The translations under genes were made by a program, and so were the position numbers. A DNA stretch of 64,000 bases, from NCBI GenBank assembly GCA_965235115.1, contig OZ249436.1, forward strand, positions 17,052,001-17,116,000, read 5' to 3'. Below are positions 24,695-52,962 of the stretch, piece by piece. Origin of the DNA: Laetmonice hystrix (Eukaryota). Every line of letters starts with the position of its first letter. Positions within the stretch are counted from its first letter, which is position 1. The notes under the pieces are model-generated. The model was not told the DNA's origin and did no database searches. It worked only from the letters and a program-made list of their open reading frames with translations.

Positions 24695-24823
24695 GGGCCC
24701 AGTTCGTAAAAAAAACTTAAGACCTTGTTTAAGCTTAATGCTTCTGATTGGTTGCTCTGCTTAAGCCAGCCAATCAGAAGCGTTAAGCTTAAATAAGACC
24801 ATAAGTTTTTATCAGCTGGGCCC
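24695..24823. mobile_element. Palindromic MITE (~130-bp hairpin)
   Basis: gggcccag...aaaaactta...tttaagcttaatgcttctgattgg paired with ccaatcagaagcgttaagcttaaa...taagttttt...ctgggccc. Confidence 0.75.
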
Positions 24824-26364
24824 AGATATAGGGAGCGTAAGTCTTGTGTCCTAGTTATCAGGATGTTATGTTAATGAGCTGCGCTAGCAACATGTAGCCT
24901 CCGTTACATCACAGTTCCCCATTGGTTTAACATCAGGTGAGCATACACCTCTCCAAATATTGGTCTTTCTTTTGACAATTAAATATTTCTTAAGTGTGAA
25001 ATTTATTTTTTCTAACATAAGAGATGTTGGATCTGATGTATAGTAAGTTCGATAACAAAGAGAACACTAATTGTGGAGTTATCAGCTAGAAGGTTTTTTC
25101 AATGGGCCTACCAGTTCGCCAGTTTGGGCTTCCAAGCCGCATTTCTCGTTGAATCGTGCAGTGTGACGTGACATACTTACGCTCCCTATATCATCCTACC
25201 ATTGGTAAGGAAATCTGTTTTGCAGCTGTCATTGTTAGCCACCTACTGGTTTTAAACATTCAACAAGATGGGGCGAGATTTTGGTTGCACAATGTCAAGA
25301 CAAGAGAAGGCATAACACGTATCAACAGTTATCTAATTTTAGATTTAAAGACTCAAGATATTCTCAAAATGTTGTTGTGATCATAATTAGGCGCTATACA
25401 TACTCATGCAAACTTCTTTTGACATGATTGAAATGTTGGGAGGGTACCTTCGTACCTTCAGGATAAAAAAAAAGAATAAATAAATGAAATCAACCACTGC
25501 TGATAACTTGTCAAGAAAGCAGGGCAGTCAAGTCAGTCAGGCCAGCACAGTAACATGTATTGTTTTAATTCATTGCCCAATGCGGGCCATTTTGATCCCG
25601 ACATTGCAGACAATGAGTTGCGGTCGCCTTTCTTCAGGGGTGGTGCATAGGGTGTGTTAGGCAGGTCGACACTGAGAATAATATTTTCTAAATCCATGCT
25701 GTACTGGGGAATACATTAGTTTAGTTAGTACGGTACCTACCTACCGGTATGTTGAAAGTTGAGATCAGTTCATAGAGAAATATATGGATGGGGGAATAAA
25801 GGAAGGAATGATTCTCGATGGCAGCCGTACACTGTTTATATTGTGACATAATAAGCATTCAGTAATTCAGAACTGCGATTTAGATGAAGATGCTGCTCCT
25901 TTGTATTGGAAAGTTTTGAACTGGACCTGATCGAGTCTGAGATAAACGGTAAGCTCAGTATCATAGTATGCTAAGCTCGCGTCCTTGTACATAGAAATGT
26001 AAACATCATCTGGCACGAAATGTGAGAAATGTTTAGAAATAAACGAATTTGATCTGGTGTTTTATTGGCTTGTTTTGTGTTCATCCTGCTGGAATATTAA
26101 TGTAGTCGTCAGTTTTATTTTAAGTTTGTCCCAGCAAAGGCAACCTCTGATTGGAACCCACATTGCCCATGATTCGATTTTTATGCCACACAGTCACAGT
26201 CACGTTTGGAGTAGACAACTTTTTGTTTGATATCCCACCAGGGGCGAAAGCGTTCAAACGGGTAAGTGTGTGGAGCACATTCTATTTGAGGTCATGATCA
26301 CAACAGAATTATATTTACGAATGTCATGAAAAACGGCGATTTTCCATTGAAATAACGATCACCC

Positions 26365-26565
26365 CAGTGGCGGATCCCGGGGGGGTGGGGGTGTCCGCCC
26401 CCCTCCCAACTCAAATTTGCCAAATTTAATTTTATAGAACCAAAATGCCTTATTGTTTTATGCCCCCCCCCCCCTCAATTTGCCCTTTTTATGCTGGACC
26501 CCCCTAGGACCCCCCCCCCCCCCCCCAACGCCCGCCCCTGAATATAGACCCTAGATCCGCCCCTG
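26365..26565. mobile_element. hAT-like MITE (cagtggcggatcc family)
   Basis: TIR cagtggcggatc / gatccgcccctg with poly-G/poly-C interior; flanks gatcaccc and cagcaccc (degenerate 8-bp TSD). Related ends near 29052, 30900 and 51587. Confidence 0.65.
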
Positions 26566-26655
26566 CAGCACCCTGGCCCAGGTTCACCCGAGCACCACGG
26601 GACGGCGCTGCGATGCCAGCGACGTCGTCAGCGTACTTGTCTCCTCAAAGAACAG

Positions 26656-27330
26656 CTGACTGGTTCCCTGTTCAACTCCTATCGGAGATAGAGACAGGTA
26701 CACAGCAGCGCGTTAGCCCATTTCATTGGCCGAAGAGCGACTTGCTCTCATTGGCGCACACCGATGCCATACCGGCATACGTTTCGTCTATCATCTACCA
26801 CTCCCATCTAATCTATGTCCCCTAGAGACCGTCTGTAAGCGTGCGACAACGTTGTCAGGTCGTCCCAATGACTGTTTGTCGTAAAGGTTTAGTTAACAAT
26901 GGCAAATGACGTTGTACGCCTTTTCTATATCAGATATATCCCATCCCCAAGTAAGAAACAAACAAAGAGAGAGTCCAGAGATGTTGCAGGCAAGAAACAC
27001 CAGGGTGCAGCGCAGCTCTACTGAAGCGGCGGCGCTGACTGGTCCCCTGCTGTTTTCCTCCCGCGGTCGGATCTCCGATAGGAGTTGAGCAGGGAACCAG
27101 TCAGGCGGCGGCGTCGACTGCACTGCCATCTTCCGGCTACCGGTGGAATCACCACGTATACCTGGCGGGCTGGCGGGCACCTGTGGCTGTTAGGTTAAAG
27201 CAATGAGAAGCGAAAAATGGCTACATTTCTGATACGTCAAATTGAAACTACGCCCCCCAAAGTTATGATTCTTAGGCCAGATGTATAACATATGGTATCT
27301 CCGATAGGAGTTGAACAGGGAACCAGTCAG
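26656..27330. mobile_element. TIR element with an extra internal TIR copy, directly upstream of NDUFAB1
   Basis: ctgactggttccctgttcaactcctatcggagata at 26656; reverse complement ending at 27330 (exact) and at 27071-27104 (one mismatch). Confidence 0.7.
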
Positions 27331-27425
27331 AGTCGCCTGTAGAAAGCGCCACCTGTGGGCGACGATTGGAAGACAAACCGGAAAGTCTAGCAGATCTCGT
27401 GGCATTGTGGGTACCTTGGTGAGCA

Positions 27426-32955
<5,530 letters not shown>

Positions 32956-35116
32956 ATCGTCATAAACTAAAAGTAAGTAAAACTGTTTGGCCGACAGGAA
33001 GGGAAGTTGCTTTTAATTTCCAACTAATTGAGCTTAAAACTTTATGATCCATTACCATTTAGAAATAGCGTGATGCTGTCATATCAGTCAAGTAGAAAAA
33101 CACCCAAGATATATTTGGTTGACAAATGTTATTGTAATAAAGGCATTCAGCTGCACATACATCCACACTAAAAATCAGCTGGTTAGCATAGAGGTCTATG
33201 TTCTGTGTGAAAGGTTTTATATAGATGTTTAAGATTCATTCTTGCAAGTGTTGTCTTTATGCAGTGCTGTTTCAGGTTAAGTAGCCGGGAGTTGGCAGAG
33301 CAGCCGGTGGGAGTCTCGAGACTGCACAGGTGGGGTCAGATCCAGGGTCGGTGACCAGTGCCAACCAATCAAAAGAAGAACATGAACGATGTGATCACAT
33401 TGTATCTGATGACTTGCCGAGACAACGGGTGACAAATCGATTCATCGCACCATGGGATCCAATGTCGTCAATCACTGTCGAGTCTCTCCACTCAATGAGG
33501 TGGCTCATGTTAGCACAAAATCAGAACTACTGAATTCAGGAGGGGGATCTGGCGTCAGTTGTGTTGGAGAATATATTGTACAGATGAACCATAGTAAAGA
33601 TTGTTCCATAATAAATTGTTTGTTCTGTTTCTGTAAAATCCCATAGAATGCATGGAGATACAAAAAATTTTATTCGACATTCTTCAGGCTTTAAAAACTT
33701 ATTTGCCGTCTTCTCTCTCAGTCGATCTCTCAGATTTCTCTCCCATACCATACCTCTTATTTTGTTTTGAAGTTTGGAGAAAGAATTTTTTGTTTTTTCG
33801 GTGGTAGCATCGCAGCATATAGTTGCACAGGTCCTGGGGGTGGGAAGTAGGGTTTTTAGAAAATCATTAAGGGCCAGGCCTTGAGAATGGGATCGTCCAG
33901 AATGAAGGCAGGGCAGGATTTCTGCCGTTTTGTCGACCAGAAGTATCATCTGACTGGTGTTTAGTTCGGGTGTGTAAAAAGTTTTTCCTGTTTCATTGTT
34001 GCCCCGTCTCATCCCTGTGAACGGTAAGTGTCGTCATACGACTTGAAAGCCCCCCACCCCCACCGTCTCCTGACCCAATTAGCAATAAGGTGCATACTGG
34101 AACACGCCACCGCGGAGGGTGGTGTGTTACAGTTTCTCTTTGGCTTTTTTTTCCCATTGAACACCTGGTACAGTGCCAATCTGTTACAAGTTCATATATC
34201 AGATATGTGCCCAAAGATACGTGCTACTCGTATGTGTGTACTTGGAAGACCTGATCAATTCGAGCAAGATTAAAGCAGTGATTTCTAACATGGTTTGAGG
34301 CGTCCTTTCCTTGCTAGTTTCCTTTCAGTAAGAATGGCCCTCCGTATACAACCTTCTTGTTTACAGAAGACTACATGAAAAGTATGAAGCCATGAAAGCA
34401 GTCACATTCCACCCATTTATCACCGGGTATGTTATGCGCATTCTATCTGCCAGTGCCATTCAGGGGGGTGCTGTATGTATGGAACGTAGGTTCCATACAG
34501 ACCGATTTGATTGTACACATTATAGGGTGATGCGCCGTTAACTACAAGGTCCTATGGAAGCGCCGTAACACGTATTATATACACTAAGCTGTTCCCCAAC
34601 TGTTCAGTTTGCTACCACTGTGAGCACCATGTAGAAAAAATGGGGGGGGGGGTCCACTTAAAGTAAAGTATGGCAATCAACGCCTCAGTGAAGTGCCATA
34701 TTCTTAGGCTAGGCATCTCGTTACATACTTTTCCCGCAGTGAAGTGAAGGAACCTCATCCCGTAACATGCTTTAATTCCGTGACCAGACAACTGCTTCAA
34801 CTATACCTTAAAAAAGCCTTCGGCCAGTAAAGGTACAAGCGTGTTTTGGTTTTTGGTATAATTATTCTCCATCAAAATTATAACAACTTCAGTCTAAGTC
34901 GGACATAATTTGTTTATTCTTTTTCAAATTTACAGCATTAAGCCAGCAAGACGTGATGCGTTTACTATAATACACAGAGTTTTTAGAAAGTATGTAAGAC
35001 TGAAAGTGCGTGTTTTTGTGTAATGGTTACGACGGCACTGTACAGACTGTGGCTGGATCTGAGGCAGGCAGCCTGACAGCTTTGGCCTGGCATACAATCA
35101 GAGATTACACTTGTAC

Positions 35117-41013
<5,897 letters not shown>

Positions 41014-41165
41014 TGCGACGACTATTCCGGAAACATCTAAGGCCTAATCACACATGCGCACTAATGGCCTGCCTCTCGTGAACGCGTAACATCTTTGAAA
41101 AACGTACGGCGCTTCTACCGAAAGAAATGACGAATCATCACAAAATGTTTACACGTACTTAAATC

Positions 41166-41946
41166 TAATATGATGTAGGTGCTACCTAGAGGGCGAGCGC
41201 AGCGACGGGAGGCCTACAACTATAACAATATATGATGTCAGGACTGGTCACTTAGCAGCATATTGTGGCGTCACAGTGAACAAACACTCACGCGACTGTT
41301 TGTTCACTGTGACGTCGGGATATTGTGGCGTCACAGTGAACAAACACTCACGCGACTCTTTGTTCACTGTGACGTCACAAATCGCACATGCTCTGAAGGG
41401 TCACATGACCCTCCATGGATTTCTCCATGGATTTGCTCCATGGTTTTTCCGGTTCCGGTTTTACGTGACGAAATTTTTTTGTGAGACAGTATGTGTCACC
41501 TTGGCAACCCTTTCACACGTGTTGTCATAGAGCTCGCTTCGCGAGCCGCTGCGCGGCTCGCTTGCGCTCGCTACTAATAAACTTTAAAAAAATAATATGA
41601 TGTAGGTGCTACCTAGAAGGCGAGCGCAGCGACGGGATCCCTACAATATGCCTATAACGTTACTATAACAATATACAATATCAGGACTGGTCACTTAGCA
41701 GCACGGACGTCGTGATATTGTGGCGTCACAGTGAACAAACACTCACGCGACTGTTTGTTCACTGTGACGTCACAAATCACACACGCTCTGAAAGGGTCAC
41801 ATGACCCTCCATGGATTTCTCCATGGATTTGCTCCATGGTTTTTCCGGTTCCGGTTTTACGTGACGAAATGTTTTAGTGAGACAGTATGTGTCACCTTGG
41901 CAACCCTTTCACACGTGTTAATCATAGGGCTCGCTTGCGCTCGCTA
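41166..41946. mobile_element. Two tandem copies of a Helentron/DINE-1-like non-autonomous element
   Basis: Copies 41166-41573 and 41593-41946 are near-identical; subterminal inverted motif gcgagcgcagcga / tcgcttgcgctcgc; internal hairpin unit gtcacagtgaacaaaca-N10-tgtttgttcactgtgac (two in copy 1, one in copy 2); no TSD. Confidence 0.65.
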
Positions 41947-41971
41947 TTAAAACAAATACTTACGGGGCCAG

Positions 41972-44638
41972 GGCCCCGTCTTACTAAACATCGTTATTAA
42001 CGATATAGTTAACTGCTGGTAAAGTAGGCCGTCGTCAAGGCGACAACCAGACAACGTTACAACGTTAGCGGCACCCCCTCCCCAGTCGTTAAGGATACAC
42101 ATGGGTGTAAAAAGTCAATTTTTTTATAACCGTAAAAAGAGACTTTAACTCATCTTACAACATACATCTGGTTAAAAGAATTGCAAAAATGGTGGTAATT
42201 AGTTTCCATAGCAACCGTTGCCATGGAAATGGCGGCCATCTTGAATTTTCTGACATTTTTCAGATTTTTTTTTGGACATCTATTATTTTTGTTACTATAA
42301 TGAATATCATCTTCATTTCTTTTCTGACATGTAGCTAATAATCCAGTGAGTGCAATAAGGTACTTTTTGTATGGTTTTACTAAAATATTTATTATTTTGG
42401 AGAGGTTTTTTTCCAATTTTTTTTTTTAAATAATTTTTTTTTAAATTTGAGTGTTCAAATCGTAAAGAAATATCATAGATATACAAAAACTAATACCCTT
42501 ATTGCACAAAACAGGTTTAGATTAACATATGTGCCATATTTGATGTTGATATGATAAATATTAAAAAAACGCATGGATGTCCAAGAAAGACGCGCGTGCA
42601 AAAAATGGCATTTGAGAAAATCACCTTTAAAGTCAGCACTTATGGATACACAAAAGTGACTTGTTTAATAATGAAGCTAGACCTTTGATATTATGTCAAA
42701 AGCATCAACTTATAACAGGGACAAGAAAAAAGGGTGAAATTTTTCGCCATGGCAACAGTTGCCATGGTAACGGTGGCCATCTTTTTTTTCAAGACATTCT
42801 GACAGGCCTCCCTAGTCATTCATTAATTTTGCAACTATAATGAATTTTGATGTTATTTCTTTTTATATCGGTTTATAAGAGTCTACTGCACGCAATAAGG
42901 TTGTAGATACTGCACACAATAAGGTGTTTTTGAGTTATACATTTAAATGAACAAATATTTGTTAAATTTATAGCTTTTTCATCAAATTGCAGTTTTTAAT
43001 TTTTTTTTTTTAACTTTAATGGGTTTCTCCCCTGAAAATACTGCAATACCAAAAACCTAACCCCCTTATTGTGTAAAGCAGGTTTTTATTTATATTTCCG
43101 CCAATTTTTATGTCTTTTCACGCCAATGAACACCGGACAAATTTAGCCGGGCAACTTAGATAAAGGTCGGGGGAGGGGGTTGCCAGCCACAGCAAACGTT
43201 AAGTTAGGGCCTAGAGAAAAGGTGTCTAGAACAAGTCTAGTGAGAAGCTCAACCATGACACCAACACCCTAATGCTAATGACTTGACATAGGCGTCGGAA
43301 GATAATTTTAATTTTTCCAGGGGGGTGGGCTGGAGCGGAACCATGATTTGGGGGGGGGGGGGAGTATCATGGGAGAAATTTGCTCAGCAACGTCAATTCA
43401 GAAAGTTTTATGGAGAAAAAAAAGGGAAAGTTGGTATCCAAGGGGGCGGGGGGGTTAAACCCCTCCCCCTTGGCCTTGAAAATCTGGCACCGCCGATCCC
43501 ACACTAGCCGGGGGGGGGGGGGGGGGGAGTCAGCCTGCTGTGCTAGGCCTATACTCTGCGTCTCTGGCTCTGCCCTGGCCCACAAATAGGCTGCTGGGCA
43601 TGGCAGAGTAGGTTTCAGCCCCCCTGCTGGGATGACAAGGGGGGCAGCCCCCCTCCCCCCTCCCACCCCCACCCCCGGGGTCGAATGACTGCTTGAATAC
43701 AATGTCAGAATGTCCACGTTTGTGCCAGGTTCCATCGCCATCGTATGTTACCATGGTGATGGTACCATCGGCTGGTCGGATCTAGGTCCCTGTACAAGCG
43801 ACTAAACGTTGCAGCTGCAGCATTTGAAACCATGCTTGGTCCCGTGCTTGGTAGCAACCATTTTGACAACTATACAGGTGTATGCTTCCCCCTGTGTACA
43901 AGTTTTAGACCTAACCGGAGTTGTAAACAGACCAGTGACGGCAACAAAGCCGGAAGTTCAACCGAGCGGGCTGTAAGCCATTCGGGGCCACTCGGCACCG
44001 TCTGAAGTCCATTTTGACGCTACTGCGCATGAGCGACCTTATGCAAATAAGGTTCATGACCCAGTTCTGTCACGTGATACCCTTATTTGGAAGTTCTCGG
44101 GATTTCCAGTCATCCAACCTCATCAGAAAAAGGCGGGAATGGAAAGTGGGTGGAGCTAGTCCTCCATATATGGTTATGCTTGTAAAGAAGCCAACAAGAT
44201 TCCGATTCCAACGGTATACAACACACATCGGTCGGGCGTGTGCAGTACTGTCTAGCAGATGACCAAATAGGCCTAATTTGTGGCAATAAATCGTTGGAAT
44301 TTTCGTTTTAGAACAAAAGCTGGGGTGGTTGTGTTTACTAAGTACTCTTTTTCTATATTTTAAAACCAACTTTGGGGAAAACGGCTTTAGGAAGTGATTG
44401 ACAACATGTGTGGCTGTGAGAATATGTCACTCGGGAAAAATCGATATTTTGACCATGTTTTGACATTCCTACACCCGTGTGTATCCTTAAGTTAACTAGA
44501 CCACTCCCTATACGTTACGCTACTAACTAGACCTTAGTAAGACGGGTTTTAACCAGCTCTAGTTAATAACGATTTCTGGTTATTAACTAGCTATAAGTTA
44601 ACTAGATCGGGCTTAACGATGTTTAGTAAGACGGGCCC
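41972..44638. mobile_element. Harbinger-like MITE (CAG TSD) split by a nested insertion
   Basis: TIR gg(c/g)cccgtcttactaaacatcgtta; CAG at 41969-41971 and 44639-44641. Confidence 0.85.
42093..44486. mobile_element. Non-autonomous Kolobok-like element, 2.4 kb
   Basis: TIR ggatacaca(t/c)gggtgta; TTAA at 42089-42092 and 44487-44490. Purine (GG) termini with a TTAA TSD fit Kolobok rather than piggyBac. Confidence 0.8.
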
Positions 44639-47600
44639 CAGGCCCGGATCCAGACTTCCTTTTTTTTGGGGGGGGGGGGGCAATTAGGCCAAACAAAAAA
44701 TCATTTTTTTATCCCTAGGCTTGGGGGGCATGGCCTACACCCCCCCCCCCCCCCCGATAAAGGCCTGCCCTGGTGGGGGGGGGGGGGGGCGCTATAGCGC
44801 AGTCGCTGGGAAGGTGAGCGTATCACCCCGTAACGTATCCGTGGTTACTTTATTTTCCACTCTGCTACACCCTCTAGGACCCACTTTTTGGACAATTTTT
44901 TCCAACCACATGGGTTGACCACTCTTAGCTCCTTGTTTTTCAATCTTTTGATAACTGTATGGCAGGCTAAGAGTACTTACACTTTGGGTAACTCAGGAGT
45001 GCATGATTTGGGGTGTTGACTTACGAGAGTCTACAACATCTAATGACATTCAAGCATTCAGTGAAGTATGCGATTCACTGTTACTTATTTTGTGAACATG
45101 CTGAACATTATCTTGAAGCTTCCCAGTTATTTCTAGTTATTTTTTAAAGAAAAAGAATACAATATGAAAGAAGGCGATATTTTTAATACAAACGAAACTC
45201 CAGTGCTGTCATTGAACACTGTATAATATGAATAACACAAAGTGCAGAGGAACTGTGTCCATACATGCTGAGCAAATTAATGCTCCACTGTTTCAAGACG
45301 TTAACATATAACACAAACATAAAATATATGTCACACTGTTGGAATGGGACATGGAAACACGAAAACAAAGGTTCATATGACTTTAGACGCGACGTCAGAC
45401 GCCAGGTGCACATCATTGTGTCACACTCACATGACTTTAATTTTGTTTTATTGCTTATGCAAACGGTACATAACTCAGAATACTTAAACTGACACACATT
45501 GACCCGTTAATTTACCTATCATAGCGGGTGGGATGCTGCCCGGACTTATACACGACCACCAGCGGTTTACAAGAGATTAAAAACTAATTGGTTCTAGAGT
45601 TAGGTAGCCCGAAACTGAGGCCTATGGCCACAATTAATAATTTATTCACACAGAGTCTGTCCAATTCACAAGTTCGACCGCTGTTTATGAGACAAAGTCC
45701 ACATGCACCAATCACATTTTCCAATGATAAGTCACCCAGCAGTTAGTATACAGGCTGATCACAAGATGGCGACACGGTACCGTCATGACATGCCCACCTG
45801 GCTGGCCGGCCAGGTTCGTATATAGGACCAATTTAACAAATTCTTCATAGGTGTCACATAAAACCTGGCCTGGTCACAGCGTCGATTATCAGCACCGTAA
45901 GGCAACTTTAACCACATCTTTGTTCAAACATTTAACACCTGCAAACTTGAAAGCACTTTGTTATTGAGACACTTGTTTTGACATATTTCTCATGGCAATG
46001 TTTCAATTGAAGTGTCTACTACGACAGGACCTTTAGCACACTGCGGAGGATACAGTATAAATACATACCGGTTCTCACACATTGGTTCACACAATCTCCC
46101 TGCAGAGGAGTTCTACTCTCTGGTAATGCGATTCGTGATTGACGTTTCAGCACATGATGATGGACGTTTCCTTTTAACAGTGACTGTTCTTCTCCTCATT
46201 GAGGAGTCAGACTTACTCTCAGCTTACCCACCAATGATTACAATTGTGGGGCAACACGACTTTAACACCAAGTGTCGACAGTAAGGCAATATACAAACTG
46301 TACCTGATGACCCATGACACCCTACCCATTATCAAATTAACGTAGTCTCACTACCTTGTAGTTTGACACAGACCAATTGTTATGTTTCTGATCACTGAGG
46401 AACAATTAAAACGTACAATTTTTTGTTTTGCCCCATTTTCTTAATGAGGTAGCTACAACATTCAGAAACTAGGGACTTTTTTCCACTCTTATTACCTCAT
46501 TCGAGAAAAACAAAACAAAGGGACTTGGGAAGAAGTGAACAATGGAACGGACCACACTTTATGACACAATCCATTCCCAGTATTTTTATACTATAATACT
46601 TCAGTGTCAGACTATGGTCAAACCCAAGCAGGTAAACTTATCAAACTTGTGCTAAAACAGTGCAAAAAACAGCCACATGCTGAAGGAAACGATCAGACTT
46701 GTAAGGTGAACAATACTGTAGCTAGCACTCATACAGGACATCTCGCCTTGTATTCTGTGACGGTATTACTTCCTAACTTTATGTTCCTATGTATTCTCAT
46801 GGGTATATTTCATAGAAAGATAACGTATGCTTTTGCCTTATACAGAAGCTGAAACAACATATGTATATATTGTGAAAATTATATTGATCATTAGACATCC
46901 ATATGTGTATGGATCACGGCATAAAAAAAAAAAAATTAACATTCAAATATCAGCATATACAAAACTAAATTTTAACTTCAATCAATTCAGTTAAAATATG
47001 CATGAAGACGGATTTAAAAATGCATAATACATTCTACTACTTAAAATTAATTTATAACTATTTTGACTTTAGTGAGGTTTACGAAACAGTTACCAGCGGT
47101 GGATGAGAGCTGATCTAAGCTAAGAAAATAAATCTGCACTACTCCTTGATAAAGAAAAAAAGCCCAGCTGCATTACCTCTGTGTTCACACATGTATCATA
47201 TATACTTGTAAAGTATATGACAGCATTTAGTGTCGATATAATATACTGCAATCACACACAATTGTATTTGAGTAACATTTCCTAGAGTTCACAGGATAAA
47301 GCCTTATACACGTAGTTATACAAAGCCATACACACCCTGCATGGCAAAATATTGGAACATGACAAGCAAGGGAATATTCTACTACAGTACCACTCACACG
47401 TGACAATGTTTCTGTTTTAACATGAGGCTAAGTGGTGACCGCAGCATTTTTTTTACCACAGTTATAGTATAGGTACCGGTACCATGTATCAAAGCCCACT
47501 ATATATAATAGAAACCATACAACGTTCATAGGTTCTGATTTTGATACAGCGATAACTTGTGCTTCCACCTTAGCTGCTTGTTATAACGTTATACAATTGT

Positions 47601-48330
47601 ATCAATGTCAATGAAATATTTGACACGGGACAAACATTGAAAAATACGACCTTTTCTTTGGGTGCAATTTATGTTTCGATACTGTCAGGTTAAAAAAATT
47701 ATAACCACATCATAATACGAAAAACTCAGGAACCCTCTATTTGTGTCTATTCATGTCAACAAATAGGAAAGTAAGACTAGAAGAACAGAATTGGCAGCTT
47801 GGAAACGAACTTATATACAAACTGTCAAGTCTTCAAAGACCAAGGTAGACATCAGTAAGTTACCAGAACTGTACTTGACGACCCCCCTGGTGGTAACGTA
47901 CTATATAATAAGTCAGGATCTTATCCTGTTATGTGATACCCCAGCAATGCGTAGTTTACTCTACAACTGTCAAAGGAACATCAAACACCAAATTTATCTG
48001 GTCAGATATACAAATGGTTCCATATAACTAGGTCATACCGTGGTTATAGGTTAACAACTTGTAAGTTACAGGTAACATAGCGAAATTCTCCTATCCAATC
48101 CTGTAGTAGCAGGTTACATTCCATGACCTGATTCAAGTGAACATTAGATGTCTGCTTCTAGCTACCAGCAAACAAATCCTGTACCCACCTTCTGGAAAAC
48201 AGATTGCCCTGTTATGATCAATGTACAAGACAATTTGGTTCAAACTGGGTAGAAAACGTGGGTTCAGCAGAAATCTCAGTCAATATTTACAAACTACTTT
48301 TATCTAAAGCACCCCTCGGTTGAGAGTGGT

Positions 48331-51590
<3,260 letters not shown>

Positions 51591-51849
51591 GGCGGATCCA
51601 AGGGGGGGGGGGGCATCCCCCCTAAACTTTTTCTAATGCTATCAATCCTACCCGCATCCTTTTTTTCTGAGGGAGGCCCCCAGACCCCGCCGGTGGGAGG
51701 GAAGATGATCCCTCCCACCGGTGGCGTCCCCCACCGGCTGGCGCCCGTCATATTGGTAGTCTACAACACCAAATTTCAGCTGGATAAAACTTTGCCCCCC
51801 CCCCCCTACGCGAAACTGGATCCGACCGGCCCTGCTCATGCATTGATAG

Positions 51850-52830
51850 ACTAGGCCTAATAGGCCTAGGCCTAGGCCTACCCTAAATGATCTTCCCCCC
51901 AATTCCCCAAGTCCCCCGATTATATAGCCTATAGACCCGGCCTCCTATAGGCTATATATAGGGCCTAGGCCTAACCAGACGGCGGATTCAGGATTTTGAT
52001 ATCTAGGCCTAAGCCCCAGAAGGGGGGGGGGGAGGGGAGAATTTGCTCGGGAGGTCAGCATGCATGTTCAATTCAGAACTCAAGTTGGATCGCTTAATTA
52101 GGCCTACCTATAGATAGACCTAGGCCTAGGTAATCCCCCCCGCCCTCCCCTTGGATCCCCCACTATAGGCTATAGGCCTAGATCTATAGGCATCTATAGG
52201 CCTAGGCCTAGGCCTATAGCCTATAGGCCTAGATCTAGATCTACACTCTAAAAACAGATTAGGCCCTATGCTAGTTGAAAAAACAACCAATCTCATTGGT
52301 TGAGCCTATAAGCTGGTTCTTTTAACTAAGAATGATAGGTTAGGCCCTAACTCGAAACGCCTAGGCCTATATAGGCCTATAGGCCTAGGCCTAATTAACT
52401 TCCACTCGATCCTACCCCCCCCCCCCCCCCCCCCCCAATTCTATAGCATAGGCCTATAGGCCTAGGTCTAGGCCTATAGGCCTATTATAGGCCTGGCCCA
52501 GGAGGCTTTTATTACCTATCCAGACTCGGGGCGATCGGGAGTCAAGTATAGGCCTCTATAATATATTATAGCGGCCTAGGCTATGGCCTAGGCCTATAGG
52601 GCCTACCTATGTAGGTATACTATAGGCCGACTTGACATTAGCCTAATAGGATAGGGCCTAGCCTAAATTATATAGGCCTACCTATTGATGCATGCGCATA
52701 TTGATATTGCTAAAGATCACCACGAGATGGCAGCACGCGGTTCGGGGGGGGGGGGTGCGGTCGTCTAGTCCAAAATTATATAGGCCCTATTGTATGAAAT
52801 ATAGGCCCCTATAGGCTATTTAGGCCTATC
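51850..52830. repeat. TAGGCCTA-rich palindromic low-complexity region
   Basis: Dozens of taggccta/ctatag/tagatcta words between the divergent ALKBH5 and NUDT19 genes. Confidence 0.85.
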
Positions 52831-52962
52831 ACACTGCATGTGGTTCCTGGTCTGGAGGACGGACATTTTGACACCTTTGTTTTGTTTTTCTTTTCTTTTT
52901 TCTTTCTTTTTTGGGGGGATTTCTCCCACTGCCACCTGGTAGCCGGCGTACATAGGTAGCCT

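Noticed and set aside
33536..34012. 158-aa minus-strand ORF between NDUFAB1 and GPS1
   Set aside because: No recognisable homology or exon partners; it overlaps the NDUFAB1 3' end antisense and is probably chance.
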